Below the pieces are notes generated by a model, which was not told where the DNA came from, did no database searches, and worked only from the letters and a program-made list of their open reading frames with translations. This document shows positions 55,992 to 64,000 of a DNA stretch of 64,000 bases, piece by piece. The translations under genes and the position numbers were made by a program. Source of the stretch: Bacteroidota bacterium (GTDB lineage: Bacteria > Bacteroidota > Bacteroidia > Chitinophagales > Chitinophagaceae); assembly GCA_018268085.1 (NCBI GenBank), contig JAFDXE010000014.1, positions 8,140 through 72,139 on the forward strand. The letters are read 5' to 3'. Every line of letters begins with the position of its first letter. Within the stretch, counting starts at the first letter, position 1.

Positions 55992-58900
55992 ATGGAATAT
56001 AATTTCAGGGAAATAGAAGAAAAATGGAGAGCGCAATGGAAGGCCGATAAACAATACAAAGTAGAAACGCCTGCAGGCGCAAATGCGAAGCCTAAATTTT
56101 ATGTGCTGGATATGTTTCCTTATCCGAGTGGAGCAGGGTTGCATGTAGGCCATCCGCTGGGATATATTGCCAGTGATATTTACAGCCGGTACAAGCGATT
56201 GAAAGGGTTTAATGTACTTCACCCGATGGGGTTCGACAGCTTTGGTTTACCTGCTGAACAATATGCAATTGAAACGGGGCAGCATCCTGCCGTAACCACA
56301 GAAAAAAATATTGCCACGTTTAAATCGCAGTTGGATAAAATAGGATTTTGTTACGACTGGGACAGGGAAGTGCGAACCAGTGAGCCGGGTTATTACAAAT
56401 GGACACAGTGGTTGTTTTTACAATTGTTTAATAGTTATTTCTGCAACACACAAAAAAAAGCAAGGCCTATAGCCGACCTGGTAAAAAAATATGAAACCAG
56501 CGGATCAAAAAATTTTACGGCTGCTCAATGGAACGCATACACGAAAAAAGAGCAGGAAGATATACTGATGAAGAGAAGGCTTGCCTATTCTGCCTATGGT
56601 GAAGTAAACTGGTGTGAAGCATTGGGTACGGTGCTGGCCAATGATGAAGTTGTAAATGGTGTGAGTGAACGTGGTGGATTCCCGGTTGTGAAAAAGAAAA
56701 TGAAACAATGGTATCTCAGGATTACCGCTTATGCCGATCGGTTGCTGGAGGGATTGGAAAAAGTAGCTTTTAGTGAAAGTATGAAAGAGATGCAGCGGAA
56801 CTGGATAGGGAAGAGCGAAGGTGCGGAAGTATCATTTGCCGTAAAAGATGCGGCTTGTAATATAAACGTGTACACAACCCGCCCGGATACTATTTTTGGC
56901 GTTGACTTTCTTGTATTGGCACCCGAGCATGAACTGGTGCAGAAAATTACTACTGTTGCACAAAAAGGAAAAGTTGAAGACTATCTTACTTATGTAAAAA
57001 GCCGCAGCGACCGGGAACGCATGGCCGAAGTGAAGCAGGTTACCGGTTGTTTTACCGGGGCGTATGCGGTGCATCCCTTTAGTGGAAAGCCGATACCGGT
57101 ATGGATCGCTGAATACGTTTTGGCAGGATATGGAACAGGAGCGATTATGGCGGTGCCTTGCGGCGACCAGCGTGATTATTTATTTGCAAAGCATTTTAAT
57201 ATTCCGGTTACCAACATTATTGGAGAAGAATACAATGGCAGTGAAGCAAATCCAACAAAGGATGCCGTTTTGCAGCAATCGGATTTTCTCGACGGTTTGA
57301 AGATGAAGGATGCAATTGGAGTTGCCATTAATAAAATTGAAGAAGCAGGTATTGGTAAACGTAAGGTGAATTTCAGGATGAGAGATGCCGGTTTCAGTCG
57401 CCAGCGTTACTGGGGTGAACCGTTTCCGATCGTTTGGGAAGATGATGTGGCTATTGCCTTAGATGAAAGTGAGTTGCCGCTTACTTTACCACATGTAGAT
57501 GCGTACGGGCCGGGTCCGGAAGGAGAAGGGCCGCTGGCGAATATTAAGGATTGGGTAGAGGTGAAAGGAAGGTTGAAAGAACAGGAATTTGTTGACCTCA
57601 CCCCTGACCCCTCTCCAAAGGAGAGGGGAACAATGCAGCCCGATCGCTACGGCTACATGAACAGCAGCGTTGAGGAATGGAAAAATACCATTCGGTTTGC
57701 TAAAGAAAACAGGAAAGATCCAACGTTGGAAGAAGATATCATCTGGCAGCGATTGAGAAACCGGCAGGTAGAAGGATGTAAGTTCCGTCGGCAGCATCCG
57801 GTAGCAGGATATATCCCGGATTTTATTTGCCTGGAGAAAAAACTGATTGTTGAAGTTGATGGTGCTTATCATAATGCGGCTGAACAAGTGAAATTTGATA
57901 TTGCCCGTGAAAAATGGTTAGCGGAATATGGTTATGTGATGGTGCGTATTACCAATGAAGAAATAAATAACAATGTTGCTGCCTCAATTGAAAAAATAAA
58001 AACGGCATTGCGTAATCAACCGGATTTTATTGTTGAAAACGAATTAAGCGCCCCTCTCCTTGGGAGAGGGGTTGGGGGTGAGGTCAAACGCGAAACCTCC
58101 ACCATGCCCGGTTATGCCGGTTCATCCTGGTATTTTTTACGATACATGGATCCGCATAACGATCAAACCTTTTGCGACCGCCACGCCAGCAACTACTGGA
58201 ACCAGGTAGATGTATATGTAGGCGGAACGGAACATGCCGTGGGACATTTGTTATACAGCCGCATGTGGACGAAAGTGATGTACGATCTTAACCTCATTGG
58301 ATTTGATGAACCTTTTAAGAAACTGGTTAACCAGGGGATGATCCAGGGAAGCAGCAGGTTCGTGTACCGGGTTAAAGGAACAAATACATTTGTTTCGGGT
58401 AACCTTAAGGGTGATTATGAAACGGATGAGCTGCACGTAGATGTAAATATTGTAGATGGCGTTGAACTGGACATTGATTCGTTTAAAAAATGGAAGACAG
58501 AATTTGCTACGGCCGAATTTATCCTTGAAAACGGCAGGTATATCTGCGGCGTGGAAACGGAAAAAATGAGTAAGCGTTATTACAACACCGTTGATCCTGT
58601 TGTACTAACTGATAAATACGGTGCCGATACTTTCCGTATGTATGAAATGTTTCTCGGCCCGGTTGAACAAAGCAAACCCTGGGATACAAAAGGTATTGAA
58701 GGGGTACACCGTTTTTTAAGAAAATTATGGCGTTTGTTTTTTGATGAAATGAAGGGTAGGGTTTGGAATACAGATGCTGCCACAGATGCAGAGCTGAAAG
58801 TTTTGCATAAAACGATTAAAAAAATTGAATCAGATACAGAGAATTTTTCTTTCAATACGGCCGTGAGCGCTTTCATGATTGCGGTAAATGAATTGTTTGA

Positions 58901-59246
58901 TCTGAAGTGTCATAAAAAAGAAATCCTGGAAAAGGTGCTGATCCTCCTTACGCCTTACGCACCACACATCGCAGAAGAATTATGGCAGCAGTTGGGCAAT
59001 GAAGGCTCAATCCTTAATGCAGTATACCCTGTTGCCGAAGAGAAGTATTTAGTGGAAACAAGCAAAGAATACCCGATCTCGGTAAATGGAAAACTTCGTA
59101 CAACCATTAGTATGGATGTAAACGCGTTGCAACCGGAAGTAGAACAAATAGTACTGGAAAATGATATTATTCAGAAATGGCTGGAAGGAAAATCGCCGAA
59201 GAAGATCATATTTGTGAAGGGGAAGATGGTGAATGTGGTGGTGTAA
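55992..59246 (+). CDS. leuS: Leucine--tRNA ligase with an internal DUF559-like endonuclease insertion
   Basis: MFPYPSG..LHVGH (HIGH), CP1 editing TTRPDT..G and GTGAIMAVP, FSRQRYWG, RETSTMP, KMSKR; 1084 aa from ATG 55992. Confidence 0.96.
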   Translation: MEYNFREIEEKWRAQWKADKQYKVETPAGANAKPKFYVLDMFPYPSGAGLHVGHPLGYIASDIYSRYKRLKGFNVLHPMGFDSFGLPAEQYAIETGQHPAVTTEKNIATFKSQLDKIGFCYDWDREVRTSEPGYYKWTQWLFLQLFNSYFCNTQKKARPIADLVKKYETSGSKNFTAAQWNAYTKKEQEDILMKRRLAYSAYGEVNWCEALGTVLANDEVVNGVSERGGFPVVKKKMKQWYLRITAYADRLLEGLEKVAFSESMKEMQRNWIGKSEGAEVSFAVKDAACNINVYTTRPDTIFGVDFLVLAPEHELVQKITTVAQKGKVEDYLTYVKSRSDRERMAEVKQVTGCFTGAYAVHPFSGKPIPVWIAEYVLAGYGTGAIMAVPCGDQRDYLFAKHFNIPVTNIIGEEYNGSEANPTKDAVLQQSDFLDGLKMKDAIGVAINKIEEAGIGKRKVNFRMRDAGFSRQRYWGEPFPIVWEDDVAIALDESELPLTLPHVDAYGPGPEGEGPLANIKDWVEVKGRLKEQEFVDLTPDPSPKERGTMQPDRYGYMNSSVEEWKNTIRFAKENRKDPTLEEDIIWQRLRNRQVEGCKFRRQHPVAGYIPDFICLEKKLIVEVDGAYHNAAEQVKFDIAREKWLAEYGYVMVRITNEEINNNVAASIEKIKTALRNQPDFIVENELSAPLLGRGVGGEVKRETSTMPGYAGSSWYFLRYMDPHNDQTFCDRHASNYWNQVDVYVGGTEHAVGHLLYSRMWTKVMYDLNLIGFDEPFKKLVNQGMIQGSSRFVYRVKGTNTFVSGNLKGDYETDELHVDVNIVDGVELDIDSFKKWKTEFATAEFILENGRYICGVETEKMSKRYYNTVDPVVLTDKYGADTFRMYEMFLGPVEQSKPWDTKGIEGVHRFLRKLWRLFFDEMKGRVWNTDAATDAELKVLHKTIKKIESDTENFSFNTAVSAFMIAVNELFDLKCHKKEILEKVLILLTPYAPHIAEELWQQLGNEGSILNAVYPVAEEKYLVETSKEYPISVNGKLRTTISMDVNALQPEVEQIVLENDIIQKWLEGKSPKKIIFVKGKMVNVVV
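57592..58087 (+). mobile_element. In-frame IR-bounded insertion encoding a DUF559/Vsr-like endonuclease domain
   Basis: 37-bp inverted repeats at 57592-57628 and 58051-58087 (34/37 match); enclosed peptide FRRQHPVAGYIPDFICLEKKLIVEVDGAYH. Confidence 0.78.
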
Positions 59247-59303
59247 AAGGCATTAATGCAGCCTGTTTTATTTTTCAGTTTTCCTAACAAAACAATCTGA
59301 CAG

Positions 59304-60005
59304 ATGTCGATCATTTCAATTTTACAAAAACATGCCCATGATTTTCACAGGGTGGTAAATTGGGATGAACAGGATAGTATTGCACCAATTGATCTTTCTG
59401 CTTCCAATAAAAATTTTTCAGAACAGGTGTACAACAATGCAGAAAAATTCAACGCATATATTGAAGCCCAGAGAAAATTACACCATGCCCGCTTTTTAAC
59501 CGGCGGCTACAGGGAACACCGGGAAATGTACCGCCGCAGCCAACTTTTTGATAAAAATGTACTGCACCCTGGAGTTGCAAACAATGAACCCAGGAGCATT
59601 CACCTGGGCGTTGATATATGGGGCGAAGCGGGCACAACCGTATATGCTCCGCTGGGAGGCATGATACATAGTTTTGCTTTCAACAACAATTTCGGTGATT
59701 ACGGTGTTACTATCATATTGCAGCACCAGTTGGAAACGTTGAACTTCTTTACACTGTATGGTCATTTATCGTTAAAAGACCTGGATGACAAAAGAAAAGG
59801 TCAGTTCATTACCCGTGGTGAACCGTTTGCGCATTTCGGAGCCTGGGAAGAAAACGGGAACTGGCCTCCGCACCTCCATTTTCAGCTTATCCTGGACATG
59901 GAAAATTATGAAGGAGATTACCCGGGTGTTTGTAAACTGTCGGAAGCCGGTAAATACCTGCACAATTGCCCGGATCCTGAATTTATTTTAAAAATGAAAC
60001 CATAG
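59304..60005 (+). CDS. M23-family peptidoglycan DD-metalloendopeptidase-like protein
   Basis: IHLGVD, GDYG..IILQH, LYGHL, WPPHLHFQ. Confidence 0.85.
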   Translation: MSIISILQKHAHDFHRVVNWDEQDSIAPIDLSASNKNFSEQVYNNAEKFNAYIEAQRKLHHARFLTGGYREHREMYRRSQLFDKNVLHPGVANNEPRSIHLGVDIWGEAGTTVYAPLGGMIHSFAFNNNFGDYGVTIILQHQLETLNFFTLYGHLSLKDLDDKRKGQFITRGEPFAHFGAWEENGNWPPHLHFQLILDMENYEGDYPGVCKLSEAGKYLHNCPDPEFILKMKP

Positions 60006-60050
60006 CAGAAAAGAATTCGGATATATACGGTAGCAACCCGCTTAAAAATG

Positions 60051-60058
60051 TAATTTTG
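60051..60058 (+). promoter_or_regulatory. -7 element (TAATTTTG) upstream of dxs
   Basis: Exact TAnnTTTG match 19 nt upstream of the ATG. Confidence 0.6.
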
Positions 60059-60077
60059 CAACCAAAGCCTAACGTAA

Positions 60078-61997
60078 ATGGAAATTAAAGCCGGCGCATT
60101 ACTTCAAACAATTGATAGCCCTGCAGACTTAAAAAAACTCAGCAAATCACAAATGCAACAGGTGGTAGATGAGTTACGCCAGTACATCATCGATGTGGTA
60201 AGCGTACACGGCGGGCATTTCGGTGCCAGTTTAGGTGTAGTAGAGTTGAGCGTAGCGCTTCATTATGTATTTAATACACCGTACGACCAACTGGTTTGGG
60301 ATGTAGGTCACCAGGCTTATGGTCATAAAATTCTCACCGGCAGAAGGGATATTTTTCCAACCAACAGGAAATATCATGGCATCAGCGGTTTTCCAAAACG
60401 AAGCGAAAGTGAATATGATACGTTTGGTGTAGGTCATTCTTCCACATCCATCAGTGCGGCTTTGGGAATGGCCATGGCAAGCTATTACAAAGGGGAAAAA
60501 GACCGCCAGCATATTGCCGTAATTGGTGATGGCGCCATGACGGCAGGCCTGGCATTTGAAGCAATGAACCATGCCGGTGCTGCCAATAGCAATGTGCTGA
60601 TCATCCTGAACGACAACTGCATGAGCATTGATCCGAACGTTGGCGCTTTAAAAGAATATTTAACGGATATCACCACTTCTCATACTTACAATAAAGTAAA
60701 AGATGATGTATGGAACCTGTTGGGAAAATTACCGGTTGGTAAATCCTTTTCACGTTCCATGGCACAAAAACTTACCGACGGAATTAAAGGCATGGTGAGT
60801 AGCAGCGCCAATTTATTTGAGGCGCTGGGTTTGCGTTATTTCGGTCCTATTGACGGGCATAATGTTTCAAAACTTATTGACACCTTCAAAGACCTGAAAG
60901 ATATTCCCGGACCAAAAATCCTGCACATAAAAACGGTGAAAGGTAAGGGGTACGACCTGGCGGAAAAAGATCAAACACTCTGGCATGCACCCGGGTTATT
61001 TGACAAAGTAACCGGAGAGATTCGCAAAAAAACATTCGATATTCCGCAACCGCCGAAATACCAGGATGTGTTCGGGCATACGATTATCGAACTGGCCGAA
61101 CAGAATGAAAAGATAATGGGTATAACTCCTGCAATGCCCAGTGGGTCTTCTTTAAAATACATGATGGAGAAAATGCCGGATCGTGCGTTCGATGTTGGAA
61201 TATGCGAACAACATGCCGTAACGTTAAGCGCCGGATTGGCAACGCAGGGAATGAAAGTATTCTGCAATATTTATTCATCGTTCATGCAGCGGGCCTACGA
61301 CATGGTAGTACACGATGTAGCGATACAAAAGCTGCCTGTAATATTTTGTTTAGACAGGGCAGGTTTGGTAGGTGAAGACGGGCCAACACATCATGGATGT
61401 TACGATATTGCTTACATGCGTTGTATTCCCAATATGGTTATCAGTGCACCAATGAATGAATCGGAACTGAGAAACCTGATGTATACGGCACAACTGGATA
61501 GCAATAAACTTCCTTTCGTAATCAGGTATCCACGTGGCGAAGGAGTTATGCCGGAATGGAGAACAGCCATGAAAGAGATAAAGATTGGTACCGGCAGGAA
61601 GCTAAAAGATGGAAATGATATTGCCATACTCAGCATTGGTCACCCGGGAAATTTTGCGGCTACGGCTATCCGTGAGGTGAAGGCAGATGGTATCAACCCT
61701 GCACATTATGACATGCGTTTTGTGAAGCCGCTGGATGAGGAAATGCTGCATGAAGTGTTTGGTAAGTTTACTAAAGTTATTACGATTGAAGATGGAACGG
61801 TAGTAGGTGGATTCGGATCTGCTGTATTGGAATTCATGAATGAACATGGATATAAAGCAGATGTAAGAATTATGGGCATCCCGGATCGACTGGTAGAACA
61901 TGGAACGCCTAAACAGTTGTATGAAGAAATTGGCATTGATGCGCACGCAATTGCAACAATGCTGAGAGAGATGACTGCGGTGAAAGTACTCGTATAA
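60078..61997 (+). CDS. dxs: 1-deoxy-D-xylulose-5-phosphate synthase
   Basis: GGHFGASLG, WDVGHQAY, TPP motif GDGAMTAG..LNDN, DVGICEQHA, DRAGLVGEDGPTH, IRYPRG. Confidence 0.96.
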   Translation: MEIKAGALLQTIDSPADLKKLSKSQMQQVVDELRQYIIDVVSVHGGHFGASLGVVELSVALHYVFNTPYDQLVWDVGHQAYGHKILTGRRDIFPTNRKYHGISGFPKRSESEYDTFGVGHSSTSISAALGMAMASYYKGEKDRQHIAVIGDGAMTAGLAFEAMNHAGAANSNVLIILNDNCMSIDPNVGALKEYLTDITTSHTYNKVKDDVWNLLGKLPVGKSFSRSMAQKLTDGIKGMVSSSANLFEALGLRYFGPIDGHNVSKLIDTFKDLKDIPGPKILHIKTVKGKGYDLAEKDQTLWHAPGLFDKVTGEIRKKTFDIPQPPKYQDVFGHTIIELAEQNEKIMGITPAMPSGSSLKYMMEKMPDRAFDVGICEQHAVTLSAGLATQGMKVFCNIYSSFMQRAYDMVVHDVAIQKLPVIFCLDRAGLVGEDGPTHHGCYDIAYMRCIPNMVISAPMNESELRNLMYTAQLDSNKLPFVIRYPRGEGVMPEWRTAMKEIKIGTGRKLKDGNDIAILSIGHPGNFAATAIREVKADGINPAHYDMRFVKPLDEEMLHEVFGKFTKVITIEDGTVVGGFGSAVLEFMNEHGYKADVRIMGIPDRLVEHGTPKQLYEEIGIDAHAIATMLREMTAVKVLV

Positions 61998-62084
61998 TTC
62001 TTTTAAAAACACGAACGCGATAACACGGATTTGTGGCGATGAACTGGTGTTTGTCACAAATATTTAAATAACACAAAATTTTTT

Positions 62085-62120
62085 AAGCTAATTGTTTCAT
62101 AGGCAATTAGCTTTTTTTTT
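62085..62120 (+). terminator. Intrinsic terminator after dxs
   Basis: AAGCTAATTG-N9-CAATTAGCTT plus a long T tract. Confidence 0.82.
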
Positions 62121-62455
62121 GCCACTCATGCTTTGATTACTGTACAAAAACAAGGATGAATAAGCAATTCAGCTAATCAGCCCAATACCTCATTGCCGAA
62201 TTAAGCCGCTTTATATTTTCATTAACGTCTTCTATAAAATTTTCGCTGCACCGGCGTCGTTATATTGATGATAACACATGAAGCTTTTATTGTCAATTAT
62301 CCTTAGCAAAAATCAGCCCCGTTCTTATACCTGTATTATTTACAATTCCTGCGAAAACACCTCGATACTTCTGAAAAACCTATTTGTTGAATATAGAAAC
62401 TGATGGTCGTTGGATATCAGTAACCCTGGAAAACATATCCTATCGAATTGCTATT

Positions 62456-62489
62456 AAAAAAGTCTCCTGGAATTACCGGGAGACTTTTT
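62456..62489 (-). terminator. Intrinsic (probably bidirectional) terminator after scpA
   Basis: AAAAAGTCTCCTGG-AATTA-CCGGGAGACTTTTT. Confidence 0.8.
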
Positions 62490-62514
62490 ATTATTGGATG
62501 AGTATATTCTTTTC

Positions 62515-63321
62515 TTAATTCAGTTGCCCGAAATCCTCTGCGCTTAAAGGAATGTGTACTTCTTCTTCTCTTTCTTCATTGTATTCAATGATGAAATTAT
62601 TCCTTCCCTCACCGATGATAATATGCAGGTATTTCTGTTGTACCAGTTCAAGCATGTTGAGGAAAAGAAAAATAGCATGGATCCTGTTTTCACAATCATC
62701 AAATATCCTTTCGAAGGAAAGTGTTTTTTCTTTGCTGCAAACATCGAGCATATACTCCCTGCAGCCTTCCATCGTATAGTTGTAATTGATAACGGTGTGT
62801 ACCGGTTTGTTCGATTTGTCTTTAAGCCGCTGAATCACTTTTTCAAATGCTTTCATCAGCTTAAACATGGTAACCGTTTGAATTTCGGTACCCTCGCCCG
62901 ATTCCTCACCAATCTGGGATAACTCTCTCTGCAGGTTCCCTCTTTTAATCATCAGCATCCTGATCGCTTCCATCTCAGCCATCTTAACAGAGGCCTCCTT
63001 GAATTTTTTGTATTCAAGAATTTTGTCAACCAGTTCCATCCTCGGATCAATTTCATTTCCGTTTGCGTCTACTTCTTTACGCGGCAACAGCATTTTTGCT
63101 TTGATCCGCATCAGCGTGCTCACAAATAAAATGAATTCACTACTTAGTTCAATATTCAGTTTTTCAGTCTGGTGAATATGATCGAGAAACTCGTTGGTAA
63201 TTTTTGTAATGGGAATATTGTAGATATCCAGTTCATCTCTTTCAATAAAGAAGAGCAACAGGTCGAAAGGGCCTTCAAAATCCGCTAATCGTATCTGGTA
63301 TGATTCTGTATTATGGCTCAA
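62515..63321 (-). CDS. scpA: Segregation and condensation protein A (kleisin)
   Basis: FEGPFDLLLFFI...LDIYNIPI, SEFILFVSTLMRIKAKMLLP, FLNMLEL; TTG start. Confidence 0.9.
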   Translation of the reverse strand: MSHNTESYQIRLADFEGPFDLLLFFIERDELDIYNIPITKITNEFLDHIHQTEKLNIELSSEFILFVSTLMRIKAKMLLPRKEVDANGNEIDPRMELVDKILEYKKFKEASVKMAEMEAIRMLMIKRGNLQRELSQIGEESGEGTEIQTVTMFKLMKAFEKVIQRLKDKSNKPVHTVINYNYTMEGCREYMLDVCSKEKTLSFERIFDDCENRIHAIFLFLNMLELVQQKYLHIIIGEGRNNFIIEYNEEREEEVHIPLSAEDFGQLN

Positions 63322-63344
63322 TGCGTGGTGTTTTACATGAAAAG

Positions 63345-63375
63345 AAAGTCCCGAAGATAATACCTTCGGGACTTT
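63345..63375. other. Perfect 12-bp hairpin between the DUF3078 gene and scpA
   Basis: AAAGTCCCGAAG-ATAATAC-CTTCGGGACTTT. Confidence 0.7.
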
Positions 63376-63433
63376 ACAAAGCTAACAATTATCAACAATA
63401 TTTTAAGATGGCATCCGGGTTGAAATGGGTTTG

Positions 63434-64000
63434 TTATTTCCTGAATGTATAGGAAAATCCGATGCCCATCAGTTCCAGCCATTGAGGAGCCGGGCCTTTT
63501 GACGGATCTACGTTTTTGGTATCGTTATCATAGATCATATCTACGTTTAAGGAGAAGTTGATGAACTTCGTGATTTTGGCTGTAAGTACATTCGACCAGT
63601 AAACATCTATGTTCTGGGGATCGTGTTTGTAATTTGAGAACAGATCGAACCTGGTTTTGAATGTAAAGCTCGTGCCGATCTTTTTCATATAATTGGCTGA
63701 AAGGAAAGCACCGATCTCAGATTTTACTTTTTTGCCCGGATCCAATCCATAACCTGGCCCCAAAAGCGTATCGCCTACGAAAATCCATCTGCCTGTGATC
63801 GGCGATATAAAAATTGAAAGATCTTTAACGGGCTTATAATCCAATCCAAGGGATAGCAGCAAATAAGCAGGGGCGAATGATTTGGAAGTAAGTGTGGCCG
63901 TATCTTTTCCAGCAGCTGTTTTTGAATAGGCATACCCATTGGCAAACTGTGAGCGGAAATTGAGTAATGCACCCACACTAAGGTGTTTTGAAATATCGTA
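63434..64000 (-). CDS. DUF3078 family putative outer-membrane beta-barrel (5' truncated by window edge)
   Basis: Frame open to 64000; LNFRSQF..GY, FAPAY, GLDYK, LFSNY, terminal GFSYTF. Confidence 0.75.
   Translation of the reverse strand, partial: YDISKHLSVGALLNFRSQFANGYAYSKTAAGKDTATLTSKSFAPAYLLLSLGLDYKPVKDLSIFISPITGRWIFVGDTLLGPGYGLDPGKKVKSEIGAFLSANYMKKIGTSFTFKTRFDLFSNYKHDPQNIDVYWSNVLTAKITKFINFSLNVDMIYDNDTKNVDPSKGPAPQWLELMGIGFSYTFRK

Noticed and set aside
57592-58087. Intein or self-splicing intron in leuS
   Set aside because: No intein junction residues (N-terminal C/S block, C-terminal HN-[CST]), too short for Hint plus nuclease, and no group I/II core motifs visible. Kept as an IR-bounded insertion instead.
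57592-58087. Classical IS element
   Set aside because: No DDE or HUH transposase is encoded, no clear target-site duplication, and the reading frame is preserved.
58560-58580. KMSKR instead of KMSKS in LeuRS as a sign of inactivation
   Set aside because: KMSKR/KLSKR variants are common in class I synthetases, and all other motifs are intact.
651-63978. The many 60-170 aa antisense or out-of-frame ORFs in the track
   Set aside because: They lie wholly over well-supported genes and show no motifs; they are shadows of codon bias.

Overview
A 64-kb stretch of mostly core chromosome from a Bacteroidota bacterium, probably Chitinophagaceae. This is inferred from TAnnTTTG promoters, the lpxC-fabZ fusion, porX, gldE/gldD, bS22 and the gene order. 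It carries about 63 protein genes (lipid A, MEP isoprenoid, translation, DNA repair, envelope), one tRNA-Leu(UAG), several intrinsic terminators and promoters. No CRISPR array, rRNA, integrase or transposase is visible. Three things stand out. (1) leuS carries an in-frame insertion of about 165 aa encoding a DUF559/Vsr-like endonuclease. The insert is bounded by 37-bp imperfect inverted repeats with GC-rich REP-like hairpins and has no intein motifs, so it looks like a non-splicing mobile element living inside an essential gene. (2) An AT-rich accessory cassette (38.9-43.2 kb) encodes lipoprotein + 7TM membrane protein + sensor-less one-TM histidine kinase + LuxR/NarL regulator, with a divergent secreted 477-aa protein. 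This is a candidate uncharacterised split-receptor or peptide-signalling system. (3) A 19-unit heptamer array with a sequence gradient fills the whole space between a terminator and the uppP start codon. Also seen: a 29-aa bS22 gene missed by the ORF track, an orphan BatB-BatC fusion, an LpoB-like/COG3014-like lipoprotein operon and a chromosomal class D beta-lactamase. All family assignments come from motif recognition by eye; no database searches were run.
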